A stretch of 61,668 nt of DNA, counting the filler. It is 4 parts of 4 records of this genome, joined end to end, with 100 filler letters (N's around TTAATTAATTAA, not from the genome) between each part and the next. Parts side by side here need not be neighbours in the genome. Positions count along the whole stretch, not along the records: positions 48,960 to 61,668 come from SRR20825006_1645; 3 more parts are not named here. One strand, given 5' to 3'. Below the pieces are notes generated by a model. That model searched no databases and was not told the origin of the DNA. It saw only the letters and a list, made by a program, of their open reading frames with translations. Numbering within the stretch: the stretch's first letter is position 1; each line of letters begins with the position of its first letter. The position numbers were made by a program, and so were the translations under genes. Shown in pieces: positions 58,081 to 61,668 of this stretch.

Positions 58081-59844
58081 ATGCACCGACCCTTTCGCTT
58101 CCCCTGGACCGCGCCATCGAAACCCGACCCGCTCGCCACGCTCGATGGCGCAGCGCTCGCCTATTCTCCGAGTGATCCGTGGGGGCACCTCGTGGCGATA
58201 AGCGCGTGGCGCTACCGGCACGAGGATCATCGCGGAGAGCAGCCGCTGGAGTGCTCTTGCTGGGACCCGCTGCGCGAGTGTTTCGAGGATGGACCGTTAC
58301 GAGGAGCATCGCTCGAGGTGTTGGGCGAGGAGGTCCTGCTCCCGGTCTTGTTCGACAAGAAGACGCGCGAGATCCTGTGCGATGATCCCATCACCATCTC
58401 GCGGATGCTCGCGCCAAAGCTCTTCGAGCGCGACGCCCAGGCTCAGATCGAGTCCTTGCGCGAGGGCATCCTGGACGCGGTTTACGAGCTTGGCCAGATC
58501 GATGATCAGGCGACCTACGAAGAGGAGCACTCGAGGCTCGCGGCCTCGCTCGAGGTGTTGGACGAGGCGCTCCAGGACGCGCGCTTTCTCGGAGGAGATC
58601 ACCCGGATATCGCGGATTACCTGCTGTTCACCTTCAGCGCGCGGCACGAGCCGGTTTACTACGAGCTGTACAAGGCGAGCGTGGGGTGGCTCGATTACTA
58701 CCCCTCGATCCTCGATCACGCGCGCGATCTGTACGAGCTGCCCGAGGTTCATGAAACCACCGACTTCGATCGCATCAAGCAGGGGCACTACCTCGTCGAG
58801 CCGCTGCTCAATCCGAAAAAGATCATCCCGCTCGGCGGGATCCCTGATTTCGACGCGCCGCACTTTCGCGCCGAGTGGTTTGGACAGCATGGCGAAGGCG
58901 GGGTCGAGGAGGACCAGCAACTGACGCGAGGTGATGGCGAGTGGGTGCGCCCTGTCTCGGACGAGCGCTCGTGGATCAGCGCAGATGGCTCAGGGAAGTA
59001 TCCCGCGCAGGCAAGCCGCTACCATTTGTACGCCCCATACAACTGCCCCTGGTCTCACAGGGCGTTGCTCGGGCGCGCGGTGCTCGGGCTCGAGGATGTG
59101 ATCGGAGCATCGATCGTATACTTTCGGCGCGACCCGGAGCACGGGTGGCAATTCAACCCGGAGATTCCAGGCTGCACCCCTGATCAGGCGCAGGGGAAGC
59201 GATACATCGCCGAGTTGTATGACTCGGTGGGATCGAGCGAGCGATCCGTGCCGCTGCTGTGGGACACGCAGACCGAGACGATCGTGAGCAACGAATCGGC
59301 AGAGATCCTGCGGATGCTCAACGAATCCTTCAAGGCATTCGCCACGCGTCCTGTCGATCTGTATCCGGCGATGTACCGGGATGTGATCGAGCGCATCAAC
59401 GAGATGGTCTATCAGCGCATCAACAACGGCGCCTACAAGGCGGGGTTCACCGACACGCAGCACGCCTACGAGCGCGCGTTCAAGCGCTACTTTCGGGCGC
59501 TCGACTGGTTGGAGGAGTGGCTCGGCGAGCAAAAGTGGCTGGCGCACACCGAGCACCCGACAGAGGCGGATGTCAGGCTCTTCCCGACGCTGTTCCGGCA
59601 TGACGCGGTGTATTACTCGCGCTTTAAACTCAACGCGCGGACCATCGCCTCTTACCCCAAGCTGGGAGCATGGCTCGAGCGAATGACCGAGCTGCCAGGG
59701 GTGCTCGAGGCGTCCAACCTGGATCACGCGCGCAATGGCTACTTCGGGCGCACGGGGAACGAGATCGTCCCGGCGGGGCCGCTCCCGCTCGGGCTCTCGC
59801 CAAAGGATTTTACGCGCGAGGTGTGGCTCGGGTCGAAGGCATAA
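58081..59844 (+). CDS. Tandem Xi-class glutathione transferase (glutathionyl-hydroquinone reductase-like) fusion
   Basis: Second unit RYHLY...CPWSHR, SVPLLWD, IVSNESAEI, INNGAYKAGF, ADVRLFPTL; first unit degenerate (SDPWGH, LPVLFDKKT). Confidence 0.85.
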   Translation: MHRPFRFPWTAPSKPDPLATLDGAALAYSPSDPWGHLVAISAWRYRHEDHRGEQPLECSCWDPLRECFEDGPLRGASLEVLGEEVLLPVLFDKKTREILCDDPITISRMLAPKLFERDAQAQIESLREGILDAVYELGQIDDQATYEEEHSRLAASLEVLDEALQDARFLGGDHPDIADYLLFTFSARHEPVYYELYKASVGWLDYYPSILDHARDLYELPEVHETTDFDRIKQGHYLVEPLLNPKKIIPLGGIPDFDAPHFRAEWFGQHGEGGVEEDQQLTRGDGEWVRPVSDERSWISADGSGKYPAQASRYHLYAPYNCPWSHRALLGRAVLGLEDVIGASIVYFRRDPEHGWQFNPEIPGCTPDQAQGKRYIAELYDSVGSSERSVPLLWDTQTETIVSNESAEILRMLNESFKAFATRPVDLYPAMYRDVIERINEMVYQRINNGAYKAGFTDTQHAYERAFKRYFRALDWLEEWLGEQKWLAHTEHPTEADVRLFPTLFRHDAVYYSRFKLNARTIASYPKLGAWLERMTELPGVLEASNLDHARNGYFGRTGNEIVPAGPLPLGLSPKDFTREVWLGSKA

Positions 59845-60012
59845 GCCTCGCGGCGCGAGGAAAGCCGCATGATGAAAGCACCAGCGCGTATTCTTGCTCT
59901 CCTCTCGAGCAAAAGGTAACATCGAGATCAGAGCTAATAGCTGAAATTCAAAAGGGCCTCGAGCGACCCTGCCCGCTCCCCTGGGATGTCGTTCCGCCCG
60001 CTCTCCCATCCT

Positions 60013-61623
60013 ATGAAGGTGAATGTTCTCATGGTGAATCCTCGCAAGCAGCTCCTACTCGCCGCCGTATGCGGCGCCATCGCGACGCTCTCGACCTTCG
60101 CGCTCCCCGCGAGCGAGGCGGAAGCATGCAGCCCGGCGCCTCCAACGCTCCGGTTGAACTACTTCATGCAGGATGGTGAGGTCGCGCCGCGTCAGCCTGT
60201 GATCTTGCTCAACGCCTCGGACGTGACGCCGATCAACCCGAGCAAGTTCACGCTCTCGAACGCCCAGGGGCAGACCTTCCCGGTCGCCACCGACAAGGTC
60301 GTGGACGTGCTGTTCGACACCTATCACTCGGTCAGGGTGAACACGCCGCTGCCCGAGGGTGACTACACGCTGACCTATGAGACCGAGGACAACAGCGTCG
60401 CGCCCGATCCAAACCAGCCTCCGCCCACCTATGTCGCCGAGGTGACCTTCTCGGTCGCCAAGGCATCGACGCACCCCGAGGTGCTCGAGATGGGTGTGGA
60501 CTGGACCAAGATCAAGCCAGGCCCCAACGATCCGGTCTTCGCGGACTCCTGTGGTGGCAGCAACGCCGAGGACAGCAAGGTCCTGCTCTCGATGGCGAGT
60601 AATTGTCGCACCCAGCCTTACGGCATTCGCTACGTCCTCGAGTTCGGCGATGTGCAAGGGGGCACGAGCTACGCGGTCGTCAGGAACGTCCCCAACGACG
60701 CGTTCATGGGGGACTTCATCGAGTTCGAGACGGGGAGTTATTCTCAAAACGGCTCGACCACCGAGTGCTTGCGCGTGACCGCGTTCACGAGCAACGGTCT
60801 CAAGAGCGACACCTACGAGCTCTGCACGCCGACGCGCTGCGGGACGGGCACGACCTTCCCACCGGATAGCGGCTACACGGACTGCCCCAACGCGGGCGGG
60901 AACGTGACCTCGTATGCGCTCCCCACCCCCTACCCCGAGAGCGCATGCCAGCTCTCGAGCGGCTTCGACCCTTGCGAGGGCGTCATGTGCGCCATGGGAG
61001 AGGAGTGTCGCGAGGGGATGTGTGTCTCGACCGATCCTTGCGATGGCGTCACCTGTCCTGATGGTCAGGCGTGCAACGCGGGGACCTGCGAGGATGTCGA
61101 TCCTTGCGATGGCGTGACCTGCGCCGACGGTGAGGTCTGCAATGAAGGCGTCTGTGAAGCGGTCGACCCCTGTGATGGCGTCACCTGCGCTGATGGTGAA
61201 GCTTGCATGGAAGGTGCGTGCGTCTCGACCGATCCTTGCGATGGCGTGACATGCGCCGAGGGCGAGACGTGTGAGGCTGGTCAGTGTATCGCTCCCGAGG
61301 TCGATCCTTGCGAGAACGTCATGTGCGAGGCTGACCAGATCTGCGTGGAAGGCAAGTGCTACGCCGAGGTCACGCCGAACGGCGACCCAGGCAACAACAC
61401 GACGCCATCGGGCAACAACACGACCGCAGGAAACAACAGCAGCGGCGGAAACAACGCCACCGGCGGTGAGAACAACTCCACGGGCGGAGGGAACAACGGC
61501 GGCAACAACAGCGCCGAGGACGAGGGTTGCCAGACTGCAGCGCCCGCTGCTCCTGCGGGAGGCTCGCTGGCGTTGCTTGGCCTGCTCGGGTTCCTGGGGC
61601 TGGCGCGTCGCCGACGTCGCTGA
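60013..61623 (+). CDS. Secreted MYXO-CTERM protein with Ig-like N-terminus and Cys-rich repeats
   Basis: Signal peptide ending AEA; six DPC repeats; Asn/Gly linker; GC...LALLGLLGFLGLARRRRR; start uncertain (59986/60013/60031). Confidence 0.85.
   Translation: MKVNVLMVNPRKQLLLAAVCGAIATLSTFALPASEAEACSPAPPTLRLNYFMQDGEVAPRQPVILLNASDVTPINPSKFTLSNAQGQTFPVATDKVVDVLFDTYHSVRVNTPLPEGDYTLTYETEDNSVAPDPNQPPPTYVAEVTFSVAKASTHPEVLEMGVDWTKIKPGPNDPVFADSCGGSNAEDSKVLLSMASNCRTQPYGIRYVLEFGDVQGGTSYAVVRNVPNDAFMGDFIEFETGSYSQNGSTTECLRVTAFTSNGLKSDTYELCTPTRCGTGTTFPPDSGYTDCPNAGGNVTSYALPTPYPESACQLSSGFDPCEGVMCAMGEECREGMCVSTDPCDGVTCPDGQACNAGTCEDVDPCDGVTCADGEVCNEGVCEAVDPCDGVTCADGEACMEGACVSTDPCDGVTCAEGETCEAGQCIAPEVDPCENVMCEADQICVEGKCYAEVTPNGDPGNNTTPSGNNTTAGNNSSGGNNATGGENNSTGGGNNGGNNSAEDEGCQTAAPAAPAGGSLALLGLLGFLGLARRRRR
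60967..61359 (+). repeat. Six coding tandem repeats of about 66 nt (DPCxGVxCxxGxxCxxGxC)
   Basis: Recurrent GATCCTTGCGATGGCGT in frame. Confidence 0.9.
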
Positions 61624-61668
61624 ACACACTGTCCAGACGGAAGTCGTCAAGAACAGGAAAGGGCCAGA

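Noticed and set aside
60967-61359. 66-nt periodic repeats with CRISPR-like spacing
   Set aside because: They encode Cys-rich protein repeats inside a continuous ORF, and the intervening sequences are homologous to each other.

Overview
This window is not one genomic locus. It is four unrelated contigs joined by artificial 100-nt linkers (N-run/TTAATTAATTAA/N-run at 17217-17316, 33354-33453, 48860-48959). Taxonomic labels below are inferred from gene content and protein style. (1) 1-17216, Rhodopirellula-like planctomycete: Flp pilin, M1 aminopeptidase, ParA-family ATPase, NhaC-type transporter, fliG, trypsin-PDZ-PA14 protease, B12 radical SAM enzyme. (2) 17317-33353, Hyphomicrobiales (Maritalea/Devosia-like): MarR/MOSC/secreted-protein module, arsC, Dpp-type ABC operon ending in diaminopropionate ammonia-lyase, Fe3+ ABC genes, a PdhS/CbrA-like kinase and a truncated tRNA. 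(3) 33454-48859, Rhodobacteraceae: YceI pair, FadL-type porin, rimO, pentapeptide protein, mce, aspS end. (4) 48960-61668, Myxococcota/Bradymonadales-like: COG0523 GTPase with Zur-like regulator, DUF1552/DUF1588 pair, gloA, lspA, NarK, tandem Xi-class GST, MYXO-CTERM protein. I see no CRISPR array, reverse transcriptase, integrase or transposase, and no clear multi-gene novel system. The best leads are: a PdhS/CbrA-type kinase whose phospho-His is replaced by Arg and whose ATP boxes are degenerate (probable non-DivL pseudokinase); a secreted six-repeat protein resembling the 7_1 knot family, bracketed by cysteines and preceded by a ~140-nt hairpin; an uncharacterised secreted protein/Cys-His MarR/MOSC module with a nested dyad operator; a single-chain GST pseudo-dimer; and a HEPN-like ORF coupled to a compositionally odd rimO 3' end.
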